A stretch of 64,000 nt of DNA from Adineta vaga (lineage: Eukaryota; Animalia; Rotifera), in the NCBI GenBank assembly GCA_021613535.1, contig CP075493.1, forward strand, positions 6,262,001 to 6,326,000, in the 5' to 3' direction. Shown here one piece after another: positions 11,991-28,249 of the stretch. The notes beneath the pieces are model-generated. The model saw only the letters and a program-made list of their open reading frames with translations, searched no databases and had not been told where the DNA came from. The position numbers were made by a program, and so were the translations under genes. How positions within the stretch are numbered: position 1 is the first letter of the stretch; each line of letters starts with the position of its first letter.

Positions 11991-14900
11991 TTAACTTTTA
12001 GTGTCTTCACTACGTATTAATCGCCGGTACATTTGTGAATTGATAAAACGTGGATAGGAATCTCGATGCATTAATGTATAGATCTGCAATTGGGCTTCAT
12101 CGAATGTATGTGGAGATGGTTCGACCATATTTCGATTAATTACTTCGCGCACACGACTATCTAAACTTACCTGAAAAACAAAAATAAAAAAATCATCAAA
12201 TGCAATTAAAACGTTTCTAAATATGTCTTCTTTTTTTACCTCTTTCGGAGATAATATAGATATATAATCTTCATAGATTAATCTGGCTTTTTCTTCTATT
12301 ATATCCGGATTTTGTTCATTTTTTAATGATTCACAAGACATCCAAAATAAAAAATTTTCTTCACTATATTCCGATCTTAAGAACTCGCGAAAGTAATGTC
12401 GACCCGCTAGAATAATAAGTCACAGTAGAATATAAAAATTAGATTCGTTTATTTCGAATACATACCGGGACTCATCATTAATTTATCGAATGATTCTGAC
12501 CAACTTCTCAGTTCGTCGATAGATGGTCTAAAATCAATTGATAGAAATAAATCAATGATTATTATGTAGAAGAGGAAAGAACAATAAACTTACGGTTCGC
12601 CTATATCAATAGGTTCAACAGGCTGACGGCCTTCGTCGGTGCGCACAGTTAAACTAGAATAGAACAAAAGGCAATAAATCAATATATATATATTTAATGA
12701 TTGATGATTAAATAAAGAATAAAAGTAAGGGAAAAGAGAGAGAGGAAAAAACAATTGAGAAGACTTTTCTATTTGTTAGTTACTTTTTTGGTCCTGCTAG
12801 TATGCGACGAACGTTTTCCGGAAAAACAAAGACAAGATGTTCAAGAACACTTTTTCCGATTCCACGTGTTGATTGATGATCATCAAATGAAGTTGATTTA
12901 TGTTTTATCGAAAGATTTCTTGTTGATGTTGCGCCTGCTCCTCCAACAGCTTCACTAGCTGATTTAATTGAATGTTTATTTGCTATTAACATAGATGATG
13001 CAGATGAAGGCAAATAAGATTTTTCATGAGCAATGTTCATTTCATATGATGTTGACATAGATGTCTTACGTTGTGAATGATTATTCAATGTACGTAAAGG
13101 ATTATTAGAATCATTTGTTAAAGCAGATGTTGAAAGTGATGAGGCAATATTATTCGTTGTATTTATTATCGTAGTGGATTTCTGCGTTTGTGTTTGATGA
13201 AAATGAGAATTACGTGATTTAATCGATGTATCTGTATCACATGTGACAGATATGGCACTTAAAGTAGCAGAGTTTGAACGTTGTGGTCGAGGTTTTTGTG
13301 AACTACTATTTTCTTTTCGAGAATTATTATTATTCCCGCCACCGAGTTTGGCACGAGCCACGTGTTCAGGTACGACTTGTGTCATATCTGATGGAGTTGA
13401 AGGCTACTACTAGTCGTTGTTGTTGTTATTTCAAACGATTCCGGCTGCCAATTATGTGGCCACGAGACCAGACTTGAAAAGTCATGTTGATGCGAAAGAA
13501 ATGATGCTGATGCTGATGACGACGGATGACGCTCGGATTCCATGATCCATCGTTGCCGTTGACAAGAAAAAAGTTATTATTAATTCTTCTCTTTCTTCTT
13601 CTATTTATGTGTGTGTGTGTGTGTGTGTGTGTGTGAGCGCGCGCGCTTTCAACAATGTTGAGATGATGACGATCGTAACAGTCAAAGTTTTTTCACTATC
13701 ATCATTCTCACAGCTAGCGGCAGAAACAACACAAGAAAAGAGTAACATGTTCTTTTTCTCTCAATACTTATTTTTTTTCTGAATATCTCGCTGCCAACGA
13801 GAACATCACATCAAAGGCAACCCCGACGGCGAACGGGAAAGACATAGACCTACTCGGTTTTTTTCTGTTCGCATACTCGGCCGTTTGCAATTCTTCTTGT
13901 TCACGAATATGATTTAGCTAATAACATGTCTGGAATAGAAAAGAAAATTGACGACAAGACACGGACGCGCAACGTCGACGTTGAACACTTTTCCTTTCTC
14001 TTCTTTTCTTTATTTTTGTCACTAACGATGCAAGTCGAAAGAAAAACTAAGTAAAAAAAGAAGAATAAGAAGAACCAACAGCAGTAATAGCAGAAAAAAG
14101 AGGGATAGTTATATCTCTAATCGGATTAACAGTAAGAAGAGAAAGAAGAAGAATAAAAAGAAAATGAAACGTTTCGTTTTCGCTCGTCAAAGTGATAGCT
14201 ATATTAGAGAAGAAAAAGAAATCTCGGTATTAATAGAGAGCGTAATAAATAACAGCATCATTATCGAATTATTGAATACAATGGTAGACTATTTTTCATA
14301 TTATTTCCCAATAGAAATCACAAATAGAGTTTATATTCGATGAATAAATGAAGTACAACTCTAGTTGACTTACAAAATAGACAAATAAAAATCAATTAAT
14401 AAAAATAATAATAAAAGTAAACGAACGATTAGATCATCTTTCCGAAACGGAAATGATATTTAACGAGCGTGGGTCTCCTTATAATTGCTATTTCTTCGAA
14501 AATAATGCCACATCGCCATCAAAGATAAACTAGTTCGAGAAGTCTAGGATAAGAATAAGAACGAGAAAACATACTTTTGGCGACGTCGTATGGAACCGAA
14601 TGGCTTAAGTTTGAAAATTTTAATCATGTTCGTTTTCATATGCACATGTGCGCTATCAAAATGCGCAAATTCACCATGAAAAATAAAGAGGAGTAGGGGA
14701 CCAGAGTTTTGTATGGATAAATATGTGATGCTGCTGTCTGTCAATATGTGATGATGAGGAAACCCACGTCTAAAGCGAGATAGATACAGAAGACAACAAA
14801 AAAACATCGGCGATTATGTACAGATTTCGAAAGCGATTCATTATAAAATAAAACGATTTAAGAGAAGTGATTCAAATTTTTTGCGCAATTCACCTAATCT

Positions 14901-15171
14901 ATAAAGAAGTAATGTGCATGATCGACAAGAGAGAATGGTAAGAATAGAAATCGAAGGAAATCAACATCTTCTATACATACCACGAACAGGAACAACAGCA
15001 ACACCAACAAAAACAACAGGCTTTTGAGGCTTGATCACTATGAGATGGAGAAGAATTTAATGGTTCTTGTTGTTGATTTGAAGGTATATTTGAAGGTGTT
15101 GGTTGTTGGCGGCGTGATCGGTTACTTTCGAAAATTGATGAGTTTTCTTGATTCGATTGGCGTGTGCTCAT
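11991..15171 (-). CDS. Regulator of G-protein signalling, RZ subfamily (RGS17/19/20-like), cysteine-string isoform
   Basis: KACCFCWCCCCSCS|CLTVR; RGS box with FREFLRSEYSEENFLFW, EEKARLIYEDYISILSPKE|VSLDSRVRE and FDEAQLQIYTLMHRDSYPRF. Confidence 0.93.
12784..13385 (-). CDS. Probable alternative first coding exon of the RGS gene (Ser/Thr-rich, no cysteine string)
   Basis: 201-codon ORF inside the RGS intron, in-frame stops just upstream of the ATG; ends AA|GTAACT in phase 2, matching the shared LTVR exon. Confidence 0.65.
13608..13646. repeat. (TG)n microsatellite followed by (GC)5
   Basis: Read directly from the sequence. Confidence 0.9.
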
Positions 15172-15467
15172 AATCTAGACGAGAGAAAATGACGTAGAAG
15201 TTGTTTTCTCTTCTTAGAAGTTACACGCTTTCTTTTGATTTCTTATTTCTTACTTTATGGAAACAATTCTTTTGCACTTCTTCGACTTGACCGACAAAAG
15301 CCTCTATAAGCCGGAAAAGGATGTCGGCAGCTGAAAAAATCAGCACCGAATAAGGCGGTGAAGATGAATAAGAATCGCAGCGACAATGTTGTGCTGCAAA
15401 TATTGATAATGAAGTAATTGATAATAAGCTGGATACTTTTATATTCGTTCTAAAAAAAAATAGAATG

Positions 15468-15505
<38 letters not shown>
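15468..15505. repeat. (ATA)n microsatellite
   Basis: Read directly from the sequence. Confidence 0.9.
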
Positions 15506-15510
<5 letters not shown>

Positions 15511-17621
15511 CGAAACGATATATTCTTTCAGATAAAAATAATGTATAAACATCTACTTTCAATCATAAAAGAACAAACAAGATGGAAATAATAACTCCAC
15601 ATATATATATTATAATCTTTTCTTGTTTAGTATCTTAGATAAGAAGAGTGATCAACGGCATTATTCTAGATCTCATATTCTCTCGTTGTCTCTTCTTTTC
15701 TTTTCTTTTCTCTTCTTCATCTATTTTAATATGAGAAAAGAGAATCTATACAAGATTTTTCTTTCTCTAAAATAGATATAGATATGTATTCATATATATA
15801 TATCTATATCTATGTTTTAAAAAACAGACGTTAAAAGAAACATTTAAATGTGATCAAACGACTTGCTAGTTAATATCACTATTAGATTATTTTACTCAGT
15901 TTTTTTTCTTTCTTTTTTTCTAATCATACATACATATATATTCGAATCGCGTCATCTGGACGTATACACACACACGCACACACACGTTTGTAGGATATGC
16001 AGTGTAAATTTACTTTAATATTAGAGAAAAACATGGTGTGATATTTCACATACGTTAATAGTTAAAACGAAATTGTTTTTTCTTTTTTTAATAGAAAAGA
16101 AAGGTTTTTTTCTTTCTCTTTGTCTAACTACTTCAGGTATGTAGAATATAAAATTAAAATTAATCGATCATTATACCTAATTTTTGGATATTTCAATATT
16201 TGAGATGTCTCTTTGTAAACGACGAACATAATACGACGATCGCCTTCGTTGATTGTTAGCGTTCATTGAGATGTCTAAAAGAGAAAAAGTGGATAGCTTT
16301 TAAGATTACTTTTTCAAGTATAGTGCAAATATGAATGGTTCATGTTAAATAACTAACTATAGATGATATATTATTTTCTTCGAAACTTACCATGTAGAGT
16401 GCAAAGAATACAAAGAAATGAACAATGGCACAAATGAATTATAAACTTGAATGATTGAAAATAGTATTGTGTAAGTGCCGATATATATATATATATATAT
16501 ATAGAATCAAGAGAATAGTCGACAGATACTGATGATCATCTAGAAGAGAAACAAAAACAAAGAATTTCATATGAATGCATGTTCAATCAGCTTTACCATC
16601 TCGTGTTAGAATTCTCTTTAGATTCATGTTACCTATCTGTCTGTAAAGGACTAGTTAGGAAGCAAACTTTGCACCATCGTCCTCATTCTTTATTGCTCTA
16701 GTACGACTAATAATCGTGAACAGAACAAACAGACACACACACACACACATCGACATTAACAAGAGAATAGGAAGTTGAAGAAAGAAGAGAAAAGAAGAAA
16801 ATATTGGCGAAGATGATGATGATGATGCGCTTCTCCTATCAACTCGTTGCATCTGAAAATCCCAACAGTCAGTTAGCAATTATCCCAAATAGTAAAGAAA
16901 AATATAGACAAAAATGAGTGGCGCATAGGTCCGCTCATCAATCAGAAGGCGTGACAATGATCATTATCATTATCGTTAAGCAAATGGATAAATAATATAG
17001 ATAGAATATTAAAAAATGCTTTTTATATATATATCAATAATATCTAATCGAGGAAGAACTTATCGGTTATTATTTTAACTTCCGTGACTTGATCAATCTA
17101 GTAATTCGTTGTCGAATAGTAGCAGCAAAGGAAAAAGATTAATTTGGTTTTCTTCTTTTTCTTCTTCTTTTTCTTTTCTCTATGGATATAAGAATTGTAT
17201 GTGTGTGTGTTTCAATGAAGTAACACATACATATTCTATTAGACAGTTAGAGCTTCGTTCGTTTGGCATTGGTGACATTTGCCAGTTATTCCTAGTGGTA
17301 ATCCTGCTGATTGAACCAATTGATCTATTTCTTTTTAGATATAGTCTAATTGATCAATAGATGGACCTCTTACTGATATAATTCTCTTGTTTATTGGTAC
17401 TACCTTCAAAAACACCCAATGACAAACTTGTTCTACCGTACTTACTGAAACAATAATGTTCATTCTTTTCCTTTTTCTTTCTTTTTTTCTCTCTCATTAA
17501 ACAAATGGGTAGGCAAGCGAATATTGTAGAGAGGGGGAAAAATGAGAGAAAGGACCGTCAAGTAATTAGCAGAGAGAAGAGACTTCGTTTCTTTGTTGTT
17601 TTCTCTTTATTCGCTCTTGCT

Positions 17622-17650
17622 TTCTTCTTCTTCTTCTTCTTCTTCTTCTT
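17622..17650. repeat. (TTC)n microsatellite
   Basis: Read directly from the sequence. Confidence 0.85.
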
Positions 17651-18518
17651 TTTTGCTTTCCCCCAGTATTTCAATCAGACAAAATAGTTAAAATAAAGAG
17701 CGTGATTTCACCTGATAAAGTACAAAAGGAAGAGAAGAGAAAGAAAACTATCTAGTCGATGGCGAAGACGACGATTTAGCTGAGAAAAGAAGATGTTGAC
17801 TGCAATCTCTCAAAATGTAAAGGAAAAAAAGCAGAAGAACCGGAAGATGCTATATATATACATATATATCGAGTTAGACAACGTAGACTTCAACTCGAAC
17901 ATGATCATCTCAAATTTCTTGAGATATTAAATTTAACATGCAATCTAAAAACAATGATAATGACAACATCAAATTGAATATGTCGATGAATATGACAAGG
18001 AATATAAGAAAAGAATATTTTTTAACTAGTTGTCATTGATGATAAACTTACTTCAATTCTTTCCCACACTTCGTTTTATTCCTAAGTCAATAATTCTAGA
18101 AAAATACACATACTCCCACATGGCATTGATGATGCGCGAGATGGCAGCGTAGTCCGATCGATGATGCTCGGATAAAGTAGTAGTAAAAGTAGGAAGAAAA
18201 AAAAGAAAGAGAGAAGAGAAAAACAGAATATGCCAGTTCTACCATCAATCTTCAGTAATTTTTCTTTATCAGTCTCTGGTTGTTGTTGTTGTTTATGATT
18301 TTATGTAAGCGTTTCGTTCTTCTTCTTCTGACTATGTGTATGTTATGAAGGGAGAGGTGGAGGTCTCCCTCGTCTGTGCATCTTACCATCCATCGATCTA
18401 TCGACGCCGTCATCGCTCTCTCTCTCTCTTTTCCTCTCTGTCTTATTCCTCTTCTTTTTCTGTATTGTTGCATACAATGAAAATTGACACAAGAAATTAG
18501 AAATGACGAAGGAACAAT

Positions 18519-18638
18519 GAAGACGACGACGACGACGAAGAAGAAGAATCAGCAGCAGCAGCAGTAGCAGCAGTAGCAGTAGTAACAGCAGCAGTAGCAG
18601 CAGTAGCAGTAGTAACAGCAGTAGTAGAAGAAGACGAC
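18519..18638. repeat. Compound trinucleotide repeat (GAC/GAA/GCA/GTA) with a duplicated ~30-nt higher-order unit
   Basis: agcagcagtagcagcagtagcagtagtaac occurs twice in tandem. Confidence 0.8.
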
Positions 18639-19202
18639 ACTACTTCTCCTTTACCCATATTTTTCCGCGTCGTCTCTCTTCCTCTTTTTCTCAAGCTTTG
18701 AGTGTGTGTATATGCAGGAAAATGCATCGCCATACTTTACGAGTCGAACGAAGCTCGATTCGAATATACACAAAAAAAAACAGAAGAAAAAAAGGAAAGA
18801 AAGACAGAACAGAAGTCGACTGACGTTGCCTTGTCATTTTGAATAAAATGTGAGAAGCAAACGAGGGTCCATAGCTCAATTTGCTTGCGTTCTTTTTCTT
18901 CTTCGATTCTCAGACGTTTAACTAGGAAAAAATAGAAAGAGAGAAACAGGAGAAGAGAAAACCAACATTTGACTATATCAACCACAATACTCTCTCCTTC
19001 GTTTAAAGGTTTAGAACGACAGCAAACTATCAACATTCGATGCCGATGGGAGACAGAATAGGCGCAAGAGATGTTGTAATCTGTTATTAGTTTTCCTTTT
19101 CATTTCCGTTGCAGCACGCATATATAGAAAATGCCAGCTGTGTTCCATCTAACACATACAGACACACACATACACATGCAGACAAAAGAAAAACAAAAAA
19201 TA

Positions 19203-21327
19203 TCATTCATGTTTTGATGAAACAATCGATTGTTCCCATATAAAATCTCTCTTTTGTTTCTGAGTACGAATCGATGTTGTTAATAGTGATCGTGGTGTTA
19301 AAGTCGGCCGACATTCCTCCAAAGCAGATAGAGAAAGTGGTGGAAAACCTAAATAAAAATGAAATATATACAATGAATCGAGATTAGTTGTTTTTTTCTT
19401 TACTCACTTTCTCGATGTACATCAGAAACTGTCGAAACATCAGTTTTTGATTGTGAATCTCTATCTGATAACAATCCACTTGTTTTTGGCAAATTCAGAT
19501 CATTTGTCGAATTTAATGATAGTTTTGCGTGTGCATTGGCATCTTTTAAAAAAGTGATATGATATTTTTTCTCTCCATGCTCAACATGCATCGAACGTGA
19601 TTGATGATGAATTGGTTGATTAACCGATGAATCTTTTTCCTTGTACGAACATCTGGAATCTGACTATGAAAAATAAATCATACAATTGAACTATCTTCTC
19701 AAGAATGTTTACAATATATGTCTCAGGAAAATATTGTCGTAAATGTAGATTTTCATTTAATTGTTTTAATGTTTTATTTGAACTTGCTGATTTAATTAAA
19801 TTCGCCTTTTGTTCATTCAGTTTAGACGAATGAAATAGTAGATGAGCCTAAAATAACTCGCAAGTTTTATTTTAATAAATAAATAATTTATTTTGATAAC
19901 ATTTCTTCAAGCAGAAATTATATTTGTTTTTTCTCAATAATGCATAAGGAATGTGCTGTTTCTTCATGAAATATGAAATCTACCTGTAATGGATATGATG
20001 CTGATGGTGATGTATGATGGGATGAATTCAAATAATAATTGACATCTTTGATATCAGAATCATTTCGTACAAATTGTTCAAGTTCATCGCGATCACATGA
20101 TTTTTGTGCAATTTGACCTCGAATAAATGCTTGATAGGATGCCTAGATATGAATATATATTTCATGCAGAATATATTTTGGTAAAAAATAACTAAATCAA
20201 GGCGTGCATGTTAAGTAAAAGAATAAGCGAACTAGCAAGCATAGTATACTTCAAGATCGAGTCGAGAGAGCGACTGCGTAGTGGTTTGATAATATTCCAT
20301 CGAACGCAGTCGCTGAAAATGTTTATCACGTTGATCATTATTAACTACAAAAAGAATGTTATGATTAAATCACACATACACACATCATATTTCAATATTC
20401 GTTTCTAAAGTTTGACAAAAAACCAAACTTATTAGATCGGAAATAAAATTTGTTCCCTTTTTTTTCTTTTCTTCAGAGAAAATCTATTTCGCACGAATTG
20501 ATTTTGTTTCCTCTAATTAATATAAACAATTTTTCTTTTCATGTTTACTCGCCTCGAGCAAAACGACCTATAATCCATGTCTATTTGGAGTGGAAAACAA
20601 AGTTTTATATTACCTTTTATTCTCATAAATATGCTCATTAATAAAATTGTTCTATCGTGCAAAAAAAACTTTTGTCAGGACATTTTCATCTTTGAATTAA
20701 TTTAAAAAAAAGAAAGTACTGTTATTGTTTCAGGTGATAAAAAGCAGGATATCCGTTCGTAATTATGCATAAGCAATATAGGTTGAGGTTAAATCTATGC
20801 ATTTAAAATGAACAAATATAAAACTATCGTAAGTTTTCAATGATATCGGAAAAAATCAACTTCGATAATATTTGCTGTTTTTAAGTATCAAGCTATTCTA
20901 ATATGAAAAAGGCATAACAAATTATGTCTACGGTGAGAATAGTACAAAAATTTATATCATAGTTGATTTTCGAATCAATTCATTAGTAGATTAAAAAACA
21001 AAATTGATTGCACGAAAACGAAGTTAGTCAATTGTGTTTCGTATCTTACCATTTAATAAATCTTCTAATGTTAAATGTCGTCTTGGTTCGAATGGTTTTG
21101 GATTAACAAAGTCAATCGCTGTTCTCGGATCAAATACTGTCGATAATTTGTCTAATAAATCTTTCTTGTATTCTGGTATAACTTCCTATTGAAAAAAAAG
21201 TCAACATTGACAAAACATTTTTAGTTTTTGTAAAAATAAAGATTGCCTGCTTTTCAAAATCATGGTCATTTGTTGACATGTTGTTTTTGTCAATCAATTC
21301 AATCGAAAAATAATGTCTCCAAGCCAT
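19203..21327 (-). CDS. Uncharacterised multi-exon protein, head-to-head with MCM6
   Basis: Readable exons MAWRHYF..EKQ|EVIPEYKKDLLDKL..LTLEDLLN, RLRSMEYYQ..LDLE|ASYQAFIRGQ and terminal FPPLSLSALEECRP..HE*; at least one internal exon not resolved. Confidence 0.5.
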
Positions 21328-22032
21328 GATTTCGAATGTTTCGTTGCTATCGCAACTAATTTTCTCATGTCAGCACGAAATATAACGACATCTGTTATTC
21401 GATTCTGAACCAATTCCAATCGAACATATTATATAACAAAGAACACCGGGAAAAGAACAAAAGCCAGTATCTTCCCATTCACATTGTTGTTAATTATTTT
21501 CTATTCTATTGAACACACGGTGAGACATCAGTTTAGAAATTTCATCATTAGTTATGAAATCGATGTGAGAATATTTTAGAAGAGTCGAGTAGTAATACCT
21601 CATTATGAAGAAATTGTCCTGTCTTGTATATTCTCTTTTGTTCTGCTTTTGATAGTTCAATTATAATTGTTGTCAATATTAAATTTCTATTCTAATTGAT
21701 ACGATGTAAGTTGTTTAGGTCTTACATCTGTTTTTTTACGTATTTTCTGTTCAATAACAATGACATATTATTAGAATGTGATGTCGCACTTCTATTCATT
21801 CGATATTCTTTCCTTTCTTTCTTATCTATACATCGATTAGTGAAGTTTACTTTGAACAATAGAAGAGAAAAGTAGAAAAGAAAAGCAAGTTTTCGTCATG
21901 CATGCACACGACTGAAATATACCATGAAGAGAAGAATAAAGCGATGCTGATAAATACCGTTCTCTTTTCTTTGAATGTACATATAGTATATATAAAGAAA
22001 CGTGATTCTTTCAGATTTGAAACAAACATAGA

Positions 22033-24923
<2,891 letters not shown>

Positions 24924-25335
24924 ATTCAATTCATAGATAGATATATACATATAGATAGATATTCTCTTATTTTTCTGTACAATTTCAATACATCTATTTT
25001 TTTCTCGATAGAATAAATCAATAAAAAAAATGTTGTGTAGAAAGGTCATGCTTTATCAACTGATCTCTTTCAACAAATTACAGAAATCTACTTACATCGA
25101 TCGATAAAGACATACGCGCGAACTAAATGATCACATCACATACTTTTCTTAAATATATTTCTGCTAGATGTCACTTTCTTTAAAAACCACAATGTATGTA
25201 CGTTACGTTATAGATTGAATAAACCAATCAGAAAGCAATTCTATGTTATTGCTCATACAGGGTGTCATTTCTCGTTGATAGAATTATTTAAATTGATATA
25301 AACACTTGCGCTGAACATTCTTTTAGTTTATTAAC

Positions 25336-27786
25336 ATGTCTTTACTCGATCAAAATTGGGGTGGTACTGGTGGTGGTGGTGATGATGATGCACTTGATGA
25401 TAATCAACAAGGAAAACAAGTAAGATGAGAATTATCATTCGAAAAAAAAAGAGGTCAAATCGAATTTACATTTAGATTTTAACATCTCGAGATGGTACAT
25501 TAATGTTAATTGAATGTGCACCAGAAATGTTCGAATCATTATCTAATACGATGAAAACCGATTCATCTACTAATGATGATAATGATGATGAAGATCTAAC
25601 AACTGGTTTTCAATTAATCATGCGTGCTTGTCAACGTTTTTATCAATCAAAAATTATATCCAATGATAAAGATCTAAGTGGAATTATTCTTTATGGAACT
25701 GAAAAGAATAAAAATACATTTGATTTCAATCATATCTATATTCTTCATGAATTAGCACAACCATCCGCTGAACGTATAATTCAATTAGAAAATCTATCAA
25801 AACAAGATACATTTAAAAAGACTTACAAAGATCTATTTGGATCAACACAATCCAAAGGTTATTCTTTAAATGAAGCATTGTGGACATGTTCGAATTTATT
25901 TTCTAATTCACCACAACGTTTAACTATTAAACGTGTATTTATATTTACATGTAATGATCAACCACATGCATCGAATCTTACTTTAGAACGACAAGCGAAA
26001 CAGCGTGCAAAAGATCTAAATGATGTTGGTATTCAAGTTGAAGTTTTTCCTATTCTAACAGAAACACGAACAACATTTGATTATAAAAAATTCTTTCAAG
26101 ATGTTCTTATGTTAAGTGATGATGAATTAGAATTAAGAAATAATCAAGCACCAACAGGAAGATTAAATGAATTATTAAAATTAGTTTATTCAAAAGAACA
26201 TAAGAAACGTGCTTATTGTACCGTACCTTTTTCATTAGGAACAGCTTCAGATGGTACACCATTACAACTTTCAGTGTCCATTTTTAATATGGTAATTGAT
26301 TCATTGAAATTGTACACGAAAAAAATGATATCGACTTGTTCTTTAAGGTTCGTCCATGTACAAAACCATCGAAAATTAAATTAGATATGAAAACAAATAT
26401 GGAAACAAAAACTGTAACAAAACATTATCTTCCTGAAACAGGTTTGCTTTCATTTGAAATTATTCTCATCAATTTTTTTCTTCTTTATTTCTAGCGGAAA
26501 TTCTTATGCCATCGGATATTCAATATGGTATCGATGTTTCTAATCGTCGTGTTCTATTTGATGCTGATGAAATAAAAGCAATTAAGAAATTTGCTGATCC
26601 CGGTTTGGAAATTCTCGGTTTTAAAAGTCTCTCTTGTTTACTACCACATCATTATGTTAAACCCGGTCATTTTATTTATCCCGATGAGAAATATATTGAA
26701 GGAAGTACATGTCTATTTAATGCATTATTAAAGAAATGTTTAGAAAAACAAATGTTTATTTTGTGCCAATTTACTGCGCGACGAAATACTTCACCACGTC
26801 TTGGTAAATGAATTGAATTTAGATTGAAATTAAAGATTAATTTGTCTCTTCTTTTTTTCTTTCTCTTTCTAGTTGCACTCATTCCACAAGCAGAAGAAAT
26901 CAATAAAAAAGATCCGACGGATCGTCTGGCATCAAATGGTTTTCATGTACATTATTTACCTTATGCTGATGATATACGAACATTACCAAAGAACGATGTC
27001 GCACGTTTATCGGACGATCAAGTTGATGTTTTCAAAAATGTGATTCGAGGTCTGAAATTTAAATACCGTCCAGAGAAATTAGAAAATCCTGCATTACAAA
27101 CTCTATGGAGAAATATTGAAGCAACAGCATTAAATAAAGATAAACCGGAAGAATTCATTGATTTGACGGTTCCAAATGAAGAAAATCAAAATAAAAAAGT
27201 CGGTCAGTATGCAACAGAAATAAAACAAATGTTTTTCCCACCAGATTATGTCATGGGTGTAACAAAAAGAACAGCGGCCAAACGAAAAGTAAGTACAAAG
27301 TTTTGGAAAAAGTCTTCTTTTATCTTCAGTTCTATCTAGAATCTCATTCAAGCTCAGTTAGTACTTCTCTTAGTCTCTTATTTGATGAAGAATGTAGTTT
27401 AATATATTTTCTTTTGCAAGAAAGAAATAGAATAAATAAACGAACACAATTTAATTTACTATTATTTAATAATGATTACTAAAAATAGTAACGAACTACT
27501 TTGATCTCTAGGCTGAAACAACTGCTATTTCATCAAGTGCAAAACGAAGTAAATCGGATGAGAACATTGACGTTGAAGCTGCTGCACGTAATAATTTAGT
27601 ATGAAAAGAAAAAGAATAAGCGGAAGTATGTCGTTTCTTTGTGAACTTTTATTTCTATTTTAGTTAAACAAATTAACTGTTCCTATATTAAAAGATTATT
27701 GTAAAGAAAAGAATTTGAGAGCAAATGGTACTAAAAAACAAGATTTAATTGATGCAATAGAAAAGCATCTAACTATAACGACCTAA
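25336..27786 (+). CDS. XRCC6: Ku70 (vWA, beta-barrel, C-terminal arm, SAP domain)
   Basis: YSLNEALWTCSNLF, KRVFIFTCNDQPH, HFIYPDEKYIEGSTCLFNALL, GFHVHYLPYADDIR, ENPALQTLWRNIEATAL; SAP LTVPILKDYCK..KKQDLIDAI. Confidence 0.95.
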
Positions 27787-28249
27787 GTTTGATTATATTT
27801 TAATTGCAAAAAAAACTCACTAATTAGAAATGAACTCTGTTGTTTTTGCCTGAATATATCGTTTTTTTTAATTATTAAAAGAAATAAAAAATAATCCTTC
27901 TACAGATATTAATAAATCTCGGTTATTTTTCCTCTTTTTTTTCTTTCTATACACATACATTTTTTTGTAATTCACATTCCTACACGATAATAATTGCACG
28001 TAGGTAAAAGAAGAAAAAGATGAGTATTTCATTCTCACATATACATTCATCGCGAAACGAGAGAATGTGAATAATGAGAAAAGAAAAAAATGCACTTTAA
28101 TGATAATAGCATTAACTAATCTTTTGATCATTGCTATATAATCGGACTGCTATCGAAGAGATTCTCCGTGTGTTGCCTTCTTTGATTCTTCTTTTGTGCT
28201 TTAATATATTGCTTCTTGCTTGCTTTATCGTTTTAATTCAGATTTATTA

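Noticed and set aside
11183-12010. Several short ORFs on both strands
   Set aside because: Low-complexity translations of the microsatellite-rich RGS 3' UTR
18497-19036. Ala/Thr/Ser-rich ORFs
   Set aside because: Produced by trinucleotide repeats; no splice or homology support
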